Below are positions 1-9,682 of a stretch of 54,361 nucleotides of DNA, piece by piece. The notes below the pieces were generated by a model, which did not search any database, was not told where the DNA came from, and saw nothing but the letters and a program-made list of their open reading frames with translations. Each line of letters opens with the position of its first letter. Within the stretch, counting starts at the first letter, position 1. Source of the DNA: a virus (lineage: Duplodnaviria > Caudoviricetes); the IMG/VR virus record IMGVR_UViG_3300022074_000053, positions 1-54,361 of that record; one strand, given 5' to 3'. The position numbers and the translations under genes were made by a program.

Positions 1-152
1 CCAAGATCACAAACACATTTGGACCATCTCTTTCTCAAGTCCCTACATTTTTTAGTATTTTTTGTTTCTGGATTATTAAATAGTTCAAACCAATCATACC
101 AAAGTTTATTGCACTTGCTATTTTTTTCAGTTAAGTGTGGTTCCCTATACAT
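1..152 (-). CDS. hypothetical protein (partial, runs off window)
   Basis: Manual translation from ATG at 152: MYREPHLTEKNSKCNKLWYDWFELF..., open to the window edge; same strand as neighbours. Confidence 0.55.
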   Translation of the reverse strand, partial: MYREPHLTEKNSKCNKLWYDWFELFNNPETKNTKKCRDLRKRWSKCVCDL

Positions 153-223
153 TAGGAACCTACTTGGGTTGTGTGCCCTTGACTACGTTACTATTTATTT
201 AAAAAAATAAAAAAAAATGACCC

Positions 224-454
224 CTATTCGGAGTCATTGTTATAAAGATCTTCCAGTTTCTCTCTGGATAAATCCACATACATAACCTCCTCCCCATCAG
301 CAGGTGCTTCAGGATGACGTGGTTTAGGTTTAGGTTTTGGTTTATTCATTTCCACATTAATGGATTGAATGTTCCCCCACATCATCGCAAATGAAGCACC
401 TGCGATGATACCGAAGCAAAGGAAGTAAAAAAATACTTCAAAGTTATTCATCAT
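224..454 (-). CDS. small membrane protein, DUF2973-like
   Basis: N-terminal hydrophobic helix followed by RHPEAP motif; 4-bp overlap with upstream ORF. Confidence 0.55.
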   Translation of the reverse strand: MMNNFEVFFYFLCFGIIAGASFAMMWGNIQSINVEMNKPKPKPKPRHPEAPADGEEVMYVDLSREKLEDLYNNDSE

Positions 455-696
455 GCCTCCTGAAGAGATTGAACTGTGTTATGAAGTTCTCCAATGTCAC
501 GGAGACCTTCAGCACTGAACCACGGAGCATTTGCCCAACTGAATCCTTCACCCATGGTGCTATCGGGTGCTGTGATATACCAATGACATGCTGTGTCTGG
601 TACATCTACAGCACACTTAGACCAATCATCACTCCACTGGGGGACTTGCACCCACATTAGAGCAGCAAACATAATAGTGAATAGATATTTAATCAT
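451..696 (-). CDS. conserved cyanobacterial/cyanophage hypothetical protein
   Basis: 81-aa ORF, signal-like N-terminus, WSxCxVDVPDxxCHWY motif; overlaps both neighbours. Confidence 0.65.
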   Translation of the reverse strand: MIKYLFTIMFAALMWVQVPQWSDDWSKCAVDVPDTACHWYITAPDSTMGEGFSWANAPWFSAEGLRDIGELHNTVQSLQEA

Positions 697-1087
697 TTGT
701 GAGTCTCCGTTTTATGAGATGGTCTATTGAGAAATTACCAGGACCACTGAGGACAATACATGCTGAACCTCCCCAGTAAAGAACTAAAAGTTCTAACAAG
801 TAGATATTGAATCCAGATGTAACTAGGGCATGATAAATTGCAAATGATATTGTACCTAAGATTGCTAAGGCACCCAGACGAGTGCCTAATCCACAGATAA
901 CCATCCAACTACCCACAACCTCAGCAAGTGCTGCGAAGTATGATGAGAAGATTGGGAATGGCAAGTGCAATGGTCTTACAAATGCATCCGCAAAGTTTTC
1001 AATGTTTTCTAGTTTCTCATATCCATGATGGATAAGCATCGTGCCTAACGCTATACGAAGTAATAAGAATCCTAGAGATTGAATCAT
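689..1087 (-). CDS. DoxX family membrane protein
   Basis: LLLRIALG...HGYEKL and GPGNFSID motifs, several TM helices; ATG at 1087 overlaps psbD stop (ATGA). Confidence 0.8.
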   Translation of the reverse strand: MIQSLGFLLLRIALGTMLIHHGYEKLENIENFADAFVRPLHLPFPIFSSYFAALAEVVGSWMVICGLGTRLGALAILGTISFAIYHALVTSGFNIYLLELLVLYWGGSACIVLSGPGNFSIDHLIKRRLTND

Positions 1088-2142
1088 AATGCATTTCCTC
1101 TTGGTAATACCTCTTCTGGGAATACAAACTGTTCGTGTGGTTGATCCACTGGTGCCATCCAAGCACGAAGACCTTCATTCAAGAGAATGTTCTTGGTATA
1201 GAAGGTTTCAAATTCTGGATCTTCTGCTGCTCTGATTTCTTGCGAAACAAAGTCATAAGCGCGAAGGTTGAGAGCAAGACCAATAATACCGATGGAACTT
1301 GTCCACAGACCCATAACAGGAACAAAGAGCATAAAGAAATGCAGCCACCTCTTATTACTAAACGCAATACCGAAGATCTGAGACCAGAAGCGGTTTGCTG
1401 TAACCATTGAATAGGTTTCTTCTTCTTGCGTTGGTTCAAACGCTTTGAATGTGTTTGCCTGTTCTCCATCTTCAAAAAGTGTATTCTCTACTGTGGCACC
1501 GTGAATAGCACAGAGAAGTGCTCCACCCAGTATACCAGCAACTCCCATCATATGGAAGGGATTGAGCGTCCAATTATGAAAGCCCTGGAGGAAGAGAAGG
1601 AAGCGGAAAATCGCCGCGACACCGAAACTCGGCGCAAAGAACCAAGAGGATTGTCCGAGAGGATAGATGAGAAATACAGAGACGAATACAGCAATAGGAC
1701 CAGAAAAAGCAATCGCATTGTACGGTCTGATTCCTACTAAACGAGCAATCTCAAACTGTCGAAGCATAAAACCGATAAGAGCGAAGGCTCCGTGGAGCGC
1801 CACAAAATTCCAGAGTCCTCCAAGTTGGAACCACCGCTGAAGGTCCCCCTGAGACTCAGGACCCCAAAGTAGAAGAAGAGAATGACCCATAGCATCAGCA
1901 GGCGTTGACACAGCCGCTGTAAGGAAATTAGCACCCTCAAGATAACTACTTGCGAGTCCGTGGGTGTACCAGCTTGTAACAAACGTCGTGCCAGTAAGCC
2001 AGCCACCAATTGCGAAATAAGCAGTGGGAAAAAGAAGTAATCCAGACCAGCCCACAAAGATAAAGCGGTCGCGTTTAAGCCAGTCATCAAGGACATCGAA
2101 CCACCCCCTTGTTGGTTGTTGTGATAGTGTTGAAGTTGTCAT
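1084..2142 (-). CDS. psbD: photosystem II D2 protein
   Basis: 352 aa, [16 protein letters not shown] ... [10 protein letters not shown]; GGAGG RBS upstream. Confidence 0.99.
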   Translation of the reverse strand: MTTSTLSQQPTRGWFDVLDDWLKRDRFIFVGWSGLLLFPTAYFAIGGWLTGTTFVTSWYTHGLASSYLEGANFLTAAVSTPADAMGHSLLLLWGPESQGDLQRWFQLGGLWNFVALHGAFALIGFMLRQFEIARLVGIRPYNAIAFSGPIAVFVSVFLIYPLGQSSWFFAPSFGVAAIFRFLLFLQGFHNWTLNPFHMMGVAGILGGALLCAIHGATVENTLFEDGEQANTFKAFEPTQEEETYSMVTANRFWSQIFGIAFSNKRWLHFFMLFVPVMGLWTSSIGIIGLALNLRAYDFVSQEIRAAEDPEFETFYTKNILLNEGLRAWMAPVDQPHEQFVFPEEVLPRGNAL

Positions 2143-2168
2143 AACCTCCTATAGTTCTTTTCATATTT

Positions 2169-2197
2169 AGTTTACATATCTTTACGTTATAAGTCAA
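2169..2197 (-). promoter_or_regulatory. sigma70-like promoter of psbD (TTGACT-17-TAAACT) with overlapping HLR1-like direct repeat
   Basis: Boxes read directly; TTTACATA-TC-TTTACGTT at 2171-2188 on the + strand. Confidence 0.6.
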
Positions 2198-2295
2198 TGC
2201 GTAACTATACCCACTCTATTCTTGGATATAAAAATTTGAGGCCATGTATCATGAATAATATGTATGACCTTATAAGAAGTATCAGACGTAATCAT
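2194..2295 (-). CDS. 33-aa small protein upstream of psbD
   Basis: Manual translation [33 protein letters not shown]; resembles small ORFs I recall upstream of cyanophage psbD; overlaps gcvP stop. Confidence 0.5.
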   Translation of the reverse strand: MITSDTSYKVIHIIHDTWPQIFISKNRVGIVTH

Positions 2296-4765
2296 TCATC
2301 TCTACCTGACAAGAACAAACTAAATTGCGATCTCCATACACATTATCAATCCTTGCTACAGCAGGCCAAAACTTTTCTTCCTGCTCCATAGGATACGCTG
2401 CCTCTTGGCGAGTATAACTACGATCCCATTCTTCAGAAGAAACACACTTTGCGGTATGTGGTGCATTCTTTAGTAGATCCGGATTGGTATCAATTTCATG
2501 ACGAATTTGTTTCATAGCATCTACAAATCTCTTGAGTTCATCAAATGATTCACTTTCAGTTGGTTCAACCATAATTGTTCCTGAAACAGGCCAACTTAGT
2601 GTTGGTGCATGAAATCCATAATCCATCAGACGCTTTGCAACATCCTCAGCAGTTACTTGTTTAAAGGGGCGAATATCTAGAATACATTCATGCGCTACTC
2701 TATTATTAGGACCACGATAAAGAACTGGAAAATAATCCTCAAGTTGATCTGCTAACCAATTGGCATTCAGTAAAGCAACCTCAGTGGCACTACGAAGACC
2801 GTCAGCGCCCATCATGCGGATATACATCCAAGGTATAGGAAGAATGCTTGCGCTCCCGTAAGGAGCAGCAGAGATATGTTGTGGTACAAATGGAATCAAA
2901 TGTTTTCCAACACCAATAGGACCAACTCCAGGACCACCGCCACCATGAGGGATACAGAAGGTCTTATGTAGATTAAGGTGACAAACATCAACACCATACT
3001 GACCAGGTTGAGAAAGACCAACCTGTGCATTTAAATTAGCACCATCCATGTATACTTGTCCACCAAACTCATGAACAATCTCGCAAATTTCACGAATGCC
3101 AGGTTCAAATACACCGTGTGTTGATGGATATGTAACCATAATACAAGCAAGGTTCTCTGCATTTGTAGATGCTTTCTTACTAAGATCATCAAGATCAATA
3201 TCTCCGTTGTCCTTACACTTAATAGCAACAACTTTCATTCCTGCCATTACAGAACTTGCAGGATTAGTTCCATGAGCACTAGTTGGAATCAAACATACAT
3301 TACGATGAGAATCTCCCCTACTTTTGTGATATGCACGAATAGTTAATAGACCAGCATACTCACCCTGAGAACCAGCATTTGGTTGTAAAAACATACCATC
3401 AAATCCAGTGATGGAGCATAACCAAACTTCAAGATTATGAATCAATTCAAGATATCCACGAACTTCATCTTCTGGAGCAAAAGGATGAATGTTACCAAAC
3501 TCTTCCCAACTAACTGGAATAAGTTCTGCTGCGGCATTAAGTTTCATCGTACAACTACCAAGAGGAATCATACCATCAACCAAACTAAAATCTTTTCTAG
3601 CAAGACGATAAATGTATCGCATCAAATCAGTTTCACTATGGTAGCGATTGAATACTTCTTGCTGTAACCATGGTTTTTCTCTAAGAGGAACACTATCAAT
3701 CGTAAAGATCTCATTAGCAATTCTTTCTAATCCCTCAGATCCATAATACACCGCATAAAAACCTGCCATAACTGCTAGAAGTGCTTGCGCCGTACAGATA
3801 TTACTGGTTGCCTTATCCCTACGAATGTGCTGCTCTCTAGTCTGTAGAGCAAGTCTCAGTGCCTTATTTCCCTCCTTATCTACAGACTGACCTACAATAC
3901 GACCAGGAATCTTACGCTGAAACTTTTCAATCGTAGCAAAGTATGCAGCATGAGGTCCACCATTACCCATAGGTATGCCAAATCGTTGACAGCTACCAAC
4001 AGCAATATCAGCACCAATCTCACCAACAGGTTTCATTAGAACTTGAAGGAATGGATCAACTGCAGCAGTTACCAAGACATCATATTCTTTAGCAGTGTAA
4101 ATGATACTAGTTGGATCCCAAAGTTCACCATCATTACCAGGTAACTGAATCAAAATACCAAAAGTATTTTCAAAAGATACATGACTTTGAAAATCACATA
4201 CTTCAACTTCAATGCCTAAAGGTTCTGCTCTAGTTTGAATAACCGAAAGAGTTTGTGGAAATACATTCTTATCAACGATAAATTTATTTCTCCCCTTTGC
4301 TGCACCATAACTCATAATCATCGCTTCTGCAGCAGCAGTTCCTTCATCTAGTAATGAAGCATTAGCAATAGGTAGTCCGGTCAACTCTGTGATAAGAGTT
4401 TGAAAGTTGAATAATCCTTCCAGTCTTCCCTGAGATATCTCTGCTTGATACGGTGTATACGATGTATACCATGCAGGATTTTCAAATACGTTTCTTTGAA
4501 TAACTGGAGGGCAAAAAGTTTCATAATATCCACGTTCACTTCGATTACTAACGATATTTTTATCTGCAATTACACGAAGTTCGGATAATGCTTTCTTCTC
4601 ATCACAACCTTGAGGAATACCTTTAAGTGCTTCCTTATCGATCAATATAGATTTAGGAACGATTTGATCGACGAGTTCATCTAAATTTGAAAGACCCAGA
4701 TCTTCAAGCATCCGAGTTTGCTGATTAATTGATGGACCAATGTGACGACCGATAAATTCTGACAT
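2282..4765 (-). CDS. gcvP: glycine dehydrogenase (decarboxylating), glycine cleavage P protein, compact form
   Basis: [53 protein letters not shown]-lysine motif [19 protein letters not shown]-terminal GDRNLVCSC; start moved to MSEFIGRH. Confidence 0.97.
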   Translation of the reverse strand: MSEFIGRHIGPSINQQTRMLEDLGLSNLDELVDQIVPKSILIDKEALKGIPQGCDEKKALSELRVIADKNIVSNRSERGYYETFCPPVIQRNVFENPAWYTSYTPYQAEISQGRLEGLFNFQTLITELTGLPIANASLLDEGTAAAEAMIMSYGAAKGRNKFIVDKNVFPQTLSVIQTRAEPLGIEVEVCDFQSHVSFENTFGILIQLPGNDGELWDPTSIIYTAKEYDVLVTAAVDPFLQVLMKPVGEIGADIAVGSCQRFGIPMGNGGPHAAYFATIEKFQRKIPGRIVGQSVDKEGNKALRLALQTREQHIRRDKATSNICTAQALLAVMAGFYAVYYGSEGLERIANEIFTIDSVPLREKPWLQQEVFNRYHSETDLMRYIYRLARKDFSLVDGMIPLGSCTMKLNAAAELIPVSWEEFGNIHPFAPEDEVRGYLELIHNLEVWLCSITGFDGMFLQPNAGSQGEYAGLLTIRAYHKSRGDSHRNVCLIPTSAHGTNPASSVMAGMKVVAIKCKDNGDIDLDDLSKKASTNAENLACIMVTYPSTHGVFEPGIREICEIVHEFGGQVYMDGANLNAQVGLSQPGQYGVDVCHLNLHKTFCIPHGGGGPGVGPIGVGKHLIPFVPQHISAAPYGSASILPIPWMYIRMMGADGLRSATEVALLNANWLADQLEDYFPVLYRGPNNRVAHECILDIRPFKQVTAEDVAKRLMDYGFHAPTLSWPVSGTIMVEPTESESFDELKRFVDAMKQIRHEIDTNPDLLKNAPHTAKCVSSEEWDRSYTRQEAAYPMEQEEKFWPAVARIDNVYGDRNLVCSCQVEMNDYV

Positions 4766-4787
4766 TTTTTTTCTAACGGACTTCAAT

Positions 4788-4813
4788 AAAAAAAGAGACC
4801 CGGAGGTCTCTTT
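4788..4813 (-). terminator. intrinsic terminator after psbA
   Basis: AAAGAGACC-TCCG-GGTCTCTTT followed by T run on the minus strand. Confidence 0.8.
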
Positions 4814-4842
4814 ATAATACACTTTATGAACTTAAAAGTCAA
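4814..4842 (-). promoter_or_regulatory. sigma70-like promoter of gcvP (TTGACT-17-TATTAT)
   Basis: -35 box contains the psbA TGA stop; 17-bp spacer. Confidence 0.65.
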
Positions 4843-5915
4843 CCAATGCTAGGTGCGGTGAGTGCCACAGGAGTGGACTCAGCAGCAGCAAGATCAAGGG
4901 GGAAGTTGTGTGCGTTACGCTCATGCATAACTTCCATACCAAGACCAGCACGATTGAGTACGTCCGCCCAGGTGTTGATCACTTTGCCTTGGGACTCAAC
5001 AATCGACTGATTGAAGTTGAATCCGTTAAGGTTGAATGCCATGGTGCTAACACCAAGAGCAGTGAACCAGATACCGACAACAGGCCACGCAGCGAGGAAG
5101 AAGTGCAGAGAACGTGAGTTGTTAAAGGATGCATACTGGAAGATCAAACGACCGAAGTAACCGTGTGCTGCGACGATGTTGTAGGTCTCTTCTTCTTGAC
5201 CGAACTTGTAACCATAGTTCTGGGACTCAGTTTCAGTGGTTTCACGAACCAGCGAAGAAGTAACCAGACTTCCATGCATAGCAGAGAAAAGAGATCCACC
5301 GAATACCCCAGCAACACCGAGCATGTGGAACGGGTGCATAAGGATATTGTGTTCTGCTTGGAATACAAGCATATAGTTAAAAGTGCCAGAAATACCAAGA
5401 GGCATAGCATCGGAGAAACTACCTTGACCGAAAGGATAAACGAGGAATACAGCAGAAGCAGCAGCGACAGGTGCGCTGTAGGCAACGCAGATCCAAGGAC
5501 GCATACCCAGGCGGTAGGAGAGTTCCCACTCACGACCCATGTAGGCGTAGATGCCGATGAGGAAGTGGAAAATTACAAGTTGGAAAGGTCCACCGTTATA
5601 CAACCACTCGTCGAGCGATGCGGCTTCCCAAATAGGATAGAAGTGAAGACCAATTGCGTTGGAAGAGGGAACAACTGCACCAGAGATGATGTTGTTACCG
5701 TACATGAGTGAACCAGCGACAGGTTCACGGATGCCATCGATGTCCACAGGAGGAGCAGCGACGAATGCTACGACGAAACAGATGGTTGCTGCCAACAGAG
5801 TTGGAATCATCAGAACGCCGAACCAACCGACATAGAGGCGGTTATTGGTGGAAGTTACCCACTCGCAGAAATTATCCCAAGTGGATGATTGTTGTCTTGA
5901 AAGAGTTGTAGCCAT
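4839..5915 (-). CDS. psbA: photosystem II D1 protein
   Basis: [10 protein letters not shown] ... [23 protein letters not shown]; viral-type RETTETESQ loop; uninterrupted; start moved to MATTLSRQ. Confidence 0.99.
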   Translation of the reverse strand: MATTLSRQQSSTWDNFCEWVTSTNNRLYVGWFGVLMIPTLLAATICFVVAFVAAPPVDIDGIREPVAGSLMYGNNIISGAVVPSSNAIGLHFYPIWEAASLDEWLYNGGPFQLVIFHFLIGIYAYMGREWELSYRLGMRPWICVAYSAPVAAASAVFLVYPFGQGSFSDAMPLGISGTFNYMLVFQAEHNILMHPFHMLGVAGVFGGSLFSAMHGSLVTSSLVRETTETESQNYGYKFGQEEETYNIVAAHGYFGRLIFQYASFNNSRSLHFFLAAWPVVGIWFTALGVSTMAFNLNGFNFNQSIVESQGKVINTWADVLNRAGLGMEVMHERNAHNFPLDLAAAESTPVALTAPSIG

Positions 5916-5934
5916 TTTCGTAAAAGGGTTATGT

Positions 5935-6030
5935 ATGAGTGCGGGGAACACCGGGTAGAATATTCCTCAGACACCCTCCGTCTGAGGTATTAGAGACGTG
6001 ATTTAGACTCCCTATAGGTCTCGGTTTGAG
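5935..6030 (-). ncRNA. structured psbA 5' leader, PhotoRC-II-like RNA motif
   Basis: Hairpin CCTCAGAC-GGAGGGT-GTCTGAGG (5965-5987) plus GAGAC/GTCTC stem; position matches PhotoRC-II; family named from memory. Confidence 0.7.
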
Positions 6031-6068
6031 GAGAGTTGCGTTACATTTCGTAACCTTCAACACTATGT

Positions 6069-6097
6069 ATAATAGTTCGGTTCCCCGTATTTGTCAA
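6069..6097 (-). promoter_or_regulatory. sigma70-like promoter of psbA (TTGACA-17-TATTAT)
   Basis: Consensus -35, 17-bp spacer. Confidence 0.75.
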
Positions 6098-6110
6098 CAA
6101 GTATTTTTAC

Positions 6111-8501
6111 TCATACTTTCCAGATGGTATCACAGTAATCCTGAATTGAACGGTCTGATGAGAAGAAACCAGATTTAGCGATATTAATAAGAGACTTTCG
6201 ATTCCATTCCTCACGGTTACCCCAGGTTGTGTCTACAACACTCTGAGCGCGACAATAATCACTAAAGTCAGCACATACACAGAAAGGATCTTTCTCTATA
6301 AGATTGGACATTAAATCAGTGAATGAATTCTTTTCGCCATTTGAGAAATGACCTGATTTAATTAATTGAATCGCTTCAAATAAACAACCACTCATATGAT
6401 ACTGAGGATCGTATCCATCTTTCCACAGTTGCTGTATTTCTTCTTCAGTCTTACCGAATAGGAAGAAATTTTCTTCACCGACGAGTTCTCTAATCTCAAC
6501 ATTAGCACCATCTAATGTTCCAATAGTTAAAGCGCCGTTCATCTGAAACTTCATGTTTCCAGTACCAGATGCTTCCTTACCTGCGGTAGAAATCTGTTCG
6601 GATAAATCAGCAGCAGGATAAACCTTCTCCCCCAACTTAACACTATAGTTTGGTAAGAATACAATTCTCAACTTACCATTCATATCAGGATCTGAATTGA
6701 TGGTTTCAGCAACGTTACAAATAAATCTAATGATTTCTTTCGCCATATAATATCCAGGTGCTGCCTTACCACCAAAGATTACTGTCCTAGGTACAACGTA
6801 ATCGTCTTTATGATTTTTGATATACACATACCTAGAAACCACCCATAAAGCAAGGAGATGCTGTCGTTTGTATTCGTGAATTCTCTTCACCTGAACGTCA
6901 AACATGCTTGATGGATCAACGGAAACACCAAGAGTCTTCTGTATGTATTGTGCTAGTTTATGCTTACCAATCAGTTTTGTAGCGCCAATCTTTTCAAGTA
7001 ACATGGAATCATCAACATAATTTTCCAAGTTACCCAAAAGACTCATATTAGAAACCCAATCAGTCCCCACATATTCATTAAGGACCTCAGCAAGTGCTGG
7101 ATTAGAATCTGCCAACCAACGACGTGGTGTTACACCATTAGTTACATTTGTAAACTTATGAGGCCAAAGATCATAGAACTCTGGCATCAAATTTTTGGTA
7201 ATAAGATCAGAATGAAGCGCAGCAACACCATTCACATGATGAGAACCAACTGTCGCAAGATGCGCCATTCTCACAGACTTGTTACCAGCTTCATCTATGA
7301 TTGACAATTTACGAAGAACTTGATCGTCACCAGGATACTTCATCCGTACAACTTGCAGGAATCGTGAATTGATTTCATAAATGATTTCAAGATGTCTTGG
7401 CAACAAACTCTCAAATAACTTGAGACTCCATTTCTCCAGTGCCTCTGGAAGCAGTGTATGGTTTGTATATGCGATAGACTTACTTGTAATATCCCATGCC
7501 AGATCCCAATCCATATGATGATCGTCAACTAGCAATCTCATCAATTCAGCAACAGCGATTGATGGGTGAGTGTCATTCAGTTGAACTTGATAATGTTCAT
7601 AGAACTCTTCAATAGGTAAGTTTCTTTCCTTGAGATTTCTAATCATATCCTGAAGAGAAGCACTTACAAAGAAGAACTGTTGTTTCAAACGAAGTTCTTT
7701 ACCTTGATCTGTTTCATCGTTAGGGTAAAGAATCTTAGAAATCGTTTCAGATCTTACACTATTCTCTACAGAACCAATATAATCACCGATATTAAAAGCG
7801 TAAAAATCGAATACATCTATTGCATCTGCTCTCCAGAGTCTAATTTTAGCGCAACTATCGACCTTATATCCTGCCTGAAGAACGTCGTAAGGAACAGCAA
7901 CCACATACTTGTCTGGAACCCAACGCACTCTAGAATCATATTCAGATAGTTCATAGTGCTCTACCTTACCACCAAATCCAACCATAACAGATTCATCAGG
8001 ATAACAAAGTTCCCATGGCCAATCCCCATGTAACCAATTATCAGTAACTTCTACCTGTTGATTGTCGCGGATTGTTTGTTTAAAAATACCATACTTATAT
8101 CTAATACCATATCCAGTGGCAGGAACTCTAAGTGTTGCCATGGATTCCATATAACAAGCAGCGAGTCTACCTAAACCACCATTACCTAGTCCAGGTTCTT
8201 CTGATTGCTCAAGAATCTCATCTAAGGTATATCCAAATTTAGAAACCGCATCCTCTGCTTCTTTGCGAATATCTAAATTAAGAAGATTGTTGCTTAATTG
8301 CGGACCAATCAAAAATTCTGCTGATAGATATGCGATTTCTTTCCGATGAGATTTTTCTACCAGATGATTATCCATCATCTTATCTCTCACTGCGTAACAC
8401 AATGCCGTATATACATCATGAGCTGTGGTATTATGAGAACTCTTTCCCAAAGTATAATGGAGACGTTCTTTCAATCTGTCACTAATTTCGTTTTGTACCA
8501 T
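6111..8501 (-). CDS. glgP: glycogen/alpha-glucan phosphorylase (GT35)
   Basis: EPGLGNGGLGRLAAC, QLNDTHP, YTNHTLLPEALE, VNGVAALH, QVKRIHEYKRQ, PLP site EASGTGNMKF..NGALTIGTLDGAN, FSSDRSI; start moved to MVQNEI. Confidence 0.98.
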   Translation of the reverse strand: MVQNEISDRLKERLHYTLGKSSHNTTAHDVYTALCYAVRDKMMDNHLVEKSHRKEIAYLSAEFLIGPQLSNNLLNLDIRKEAEDAVSKFGYTLDEILEQSEEPGLGNGGLGRLAACYMESMATLRVPATGYGIRYKYGIFKQTIRDNQQVEVTDNWLHGDWPWELCYPDESVMVGFGGKVEHYELSEYDSRVRWVPDKYVVAVPYDVLQAGYKVDSCAKIRLWRADAIDVFDFYAFNIGDYIGSVENSVRSETISKILYPNDETDQGKELRLKQQFFFVSASLQDMIRNLKERNLPIEEFYEHYQVQLNDTHPSIAVAELMRLLVDDHHMDWDLAWDITSKSIAYTNHTLLPEALEKWSLKLFESLLPRHLEIIYEINSRFLQVVRMKYPGDDQVLRKLSIIDEAGNKSVRMAHLATVGSHHVNGVAALHSDLITKNLMPEFYDLWPHKFTNVTNGVTPRRWLADSNPALAEVLNEYVGTDWVSNMSLLGNLENYVDDSMLLEKIGATKLIGKHKLAQYIQKTLGVSVDPSSMFDVQVKRIHEYKRQHLLALWVVSRYVYIKNHKDDYVVPRTVIFGGKAAPGYYMAKEIIRFICNVAETINSDPDMNGKLRIVFLPNYSVKLGEKVYPAADLSEQISTAGKEASGTGNMKFQMNGALTIGTLDGANVEIRELVGEENFFLFGKTEEEIQQLWKDGYDPQYHMSGCLFEAIQLIKSGHFSNGEKNSFTDLMSNLIEKDPFCVCADFSDYCRAQSVVDTTWGNREEWNRKSLINIAKSGFFSSDRSIQDYCDTIWKV

Positions 8502-8504
8502 ATG

Positions 8505-8526
8505 AAAAAAGGGCATTGCTGCCCTT
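8505..8526 (-). terminator. intrinsic terminator of the hli cluster
   Basis: AAGGGCA-GCAA-TGCCCTT plus T run. Confidence 0.75.
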
Positions 8527-8528
8527 AT

Positions 8529-8556
8529 ATTATATTCTATTTTATTTAACCGTCAA
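8529..8556 (-). promoter_or_regulatory. sigma70-like promoter of glgP (TTGACG-16-TATAAT)
   Basis: -35 box contains upstream ORF stop; consensus -10. Confidence 0.6.
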
Positions 8557-8687
8557 ATATGAGATGCCGGCATTTGTGCGGGAATCATCATACCACCATC
8601 CATATCGTCATCGTCATCGGCATTGATATCAGAAATCAAAGCAGCGAAGACAAATCCGCCTATCATACAAGTGGCAAGAAAAAGCAT
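8553..8687 (-). CDS. 44-aa membrane peptide with acidic DDDDDMDGGMM tail
   Basis: Manual translation MLFLATCMIGGFVFAALISDINADDDDDMDGGMMIPAQMPASHI; TGATG-coupled to hli. Confidence 0.65.
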   Translation of the reverse strand: MLFLATCMIGGFVFAALISDINADDDDDMDGGMMIPAQMPASHI

Positions 8688-8794
8688 CACCAAATACCTG
8701 GAATGATTTGCCCTGTTACGGCATAAGCACCCATCGCGGCAACGATACCGATCATGGCTGCAAGTCCATTAATACGTTCTGCGTTTTGGTTCAT
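8687..8794 (-). CDS. hli: high-light inducible protein (short type)
   Basis: Manual translation MNQNAERINGLAAMIGIVAAMGAYAVTGQIIPGIW; AExxNG and TGQIIPG motifs. Confidence 0.93.
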   Translation of the reverse strand: MNQNAERINGLAAMIGIVAAMGAYAVTGQIIPGIW

Positions 8795-8940
8795 TGTTGT
8801 TCCTCCAAAGTTTTGTTAGTGATGATGATCTTTTGACCATCGTGAGTAAATTGTAATTCGTCGTCAGGATGCCACAATAACTCTTCATACATATCGTCAA
8901 GTTTTTGCATATCCTGATAAAGTGCGTCTGGATTTGGCAT
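8791..8940 (-). CDS. 49-aa hypothetical protein
   Basis: Manual translation MPNPDALYQDMQKLDDMYEELLWHPDDELQF...; ATGA overlap with hli. Confidence 0.65.
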   Translation of the reverse strand: MPNPDALYQDMQKLDDMYEELLWHPDDELQFTHDGQKIIITNKTLEEQQ

Positions 8941-8966
8941 ATAAGTCTGTTTATCTGACGTATATA

Positions 8967-9188
8967 TTATCCAGGGAGCTCCAAATAAAACTTAGATTGA
9001 TCGCTAGGAGAATTCTCATAAATTGATGAATCTCCATATTGTTTGTGGTCTTTGTATCCAACCATACGCCCTTTAGTATTCTGAAGAGCAGGCATGAATA
9101 CGATAAAAAAGAATACTCCTGGGGCACCAATCAAAAGGGCACCACCAATAACATAGTAAGTAAGAATTTCAAGAAGGGAGTTTTCCAT
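8967..9188 (-). CDS. hypothetical membrane protein
   Basis: 73-aa ORF with one TM helix, operon-coupled. Confidence 0.65.
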   Translation of the reverse strand: MENSLLEILTYYVIGGALLIGAPGVFFFIVFMPALQNTKGRMVGYKDHKQYGDSSIYENSPSDQSKFYLELPG

Positions 9189-9409
9189 TAGGTGTGATCA
9201 GTAAAGTGTTTTTGAATAACTTCTAAGCGTTCTTCCTCATGTGCAATAATATCAAGTTGATCTTGAATTGCAGCGAGGATGTCTGGGTGTTCGCCAATAC
9301 CTACAGGTTGATGTAGGTAAACTTCTACATTTGCTTTTGCTTTAGCAATATTACCTTGAGCATCAGCACTTAGTGCTTCAATAATTTTAGCGCGAAGATT
9401 GCAGGACAT
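9188..9409 (-). CDS. conserved phage hypothetical protein
   Basis: ANVEVYL..PVGIGEHPD motif. Confidence 0.7.
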   Translation of the reverse strand: MSCNLRAKIIEALSADAQGNIAKAKANVEVYLHQPVGIGEHPDILAAIQDQLDIIAHEEERLEVIQKHFTDHT

Positions 9410-9463
9410 TGATACCGAATGTAAAAATTATATAGATTGCTTGACATCGTCAAGTATCAATTG

Positions 9464-9682
9464 TCAGAATCCGAAGACACCAAAGAAAAATACACTACCA
9501 GTAGAAGCATAAGAGATAATAGCAGCAACAAATCCAAGCATAGCAGTGCGTCCATTTAACTTCTCTGCTTTCTCAGCATAGGTCTCATATCCATAACGCT
9601 CTACGTCAGTTTGAGAAACATACATTCTGGGTTCTTTAGCAAACAGATTTTGCTGCCCTCTCTCATTTGTTGTTACAGTCAT
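9464..9682 (-). CDS. hli: high-light inducible protein (long type)
   Basis: NLFAKEP N-terminus and AEKLNGRTAMLGF chlorophyll-binding motif. Confidence 0.93.
   Translation of the reverse strand: MTVTTNERGQQNLFAKEPRMYVSQTDVERYGYETYAEKAEKLNGRTAMLGFVAAIISYASTGSVFFFGVFGF

Noticed and set aside
324-341. Short GGTTTA-like tandem repeat
   Set aside because: Simply encodes a KPKPKPKP linker
5163-5711. 182-aa antisense ORF in psbA (and similar ones in psbD and pstS)
   Set aside because: Shadow ORFs expected from codon bias of highly expressed genes; no recognisable motifs
4839-5915. Group I intron or homing endonuclease in or next to psbA
   Set aside because: psbA is uninterrupted at normal length, and the downstream space is filled by gcvP
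2282-8501. gcvP/glgP as host chromosome contamination
   Set aside because: Both are AT-rich like neighbouring phage genes and interleaved with viral-type psbA, hli and small phage ORFs; read-level confirmation is still advisable
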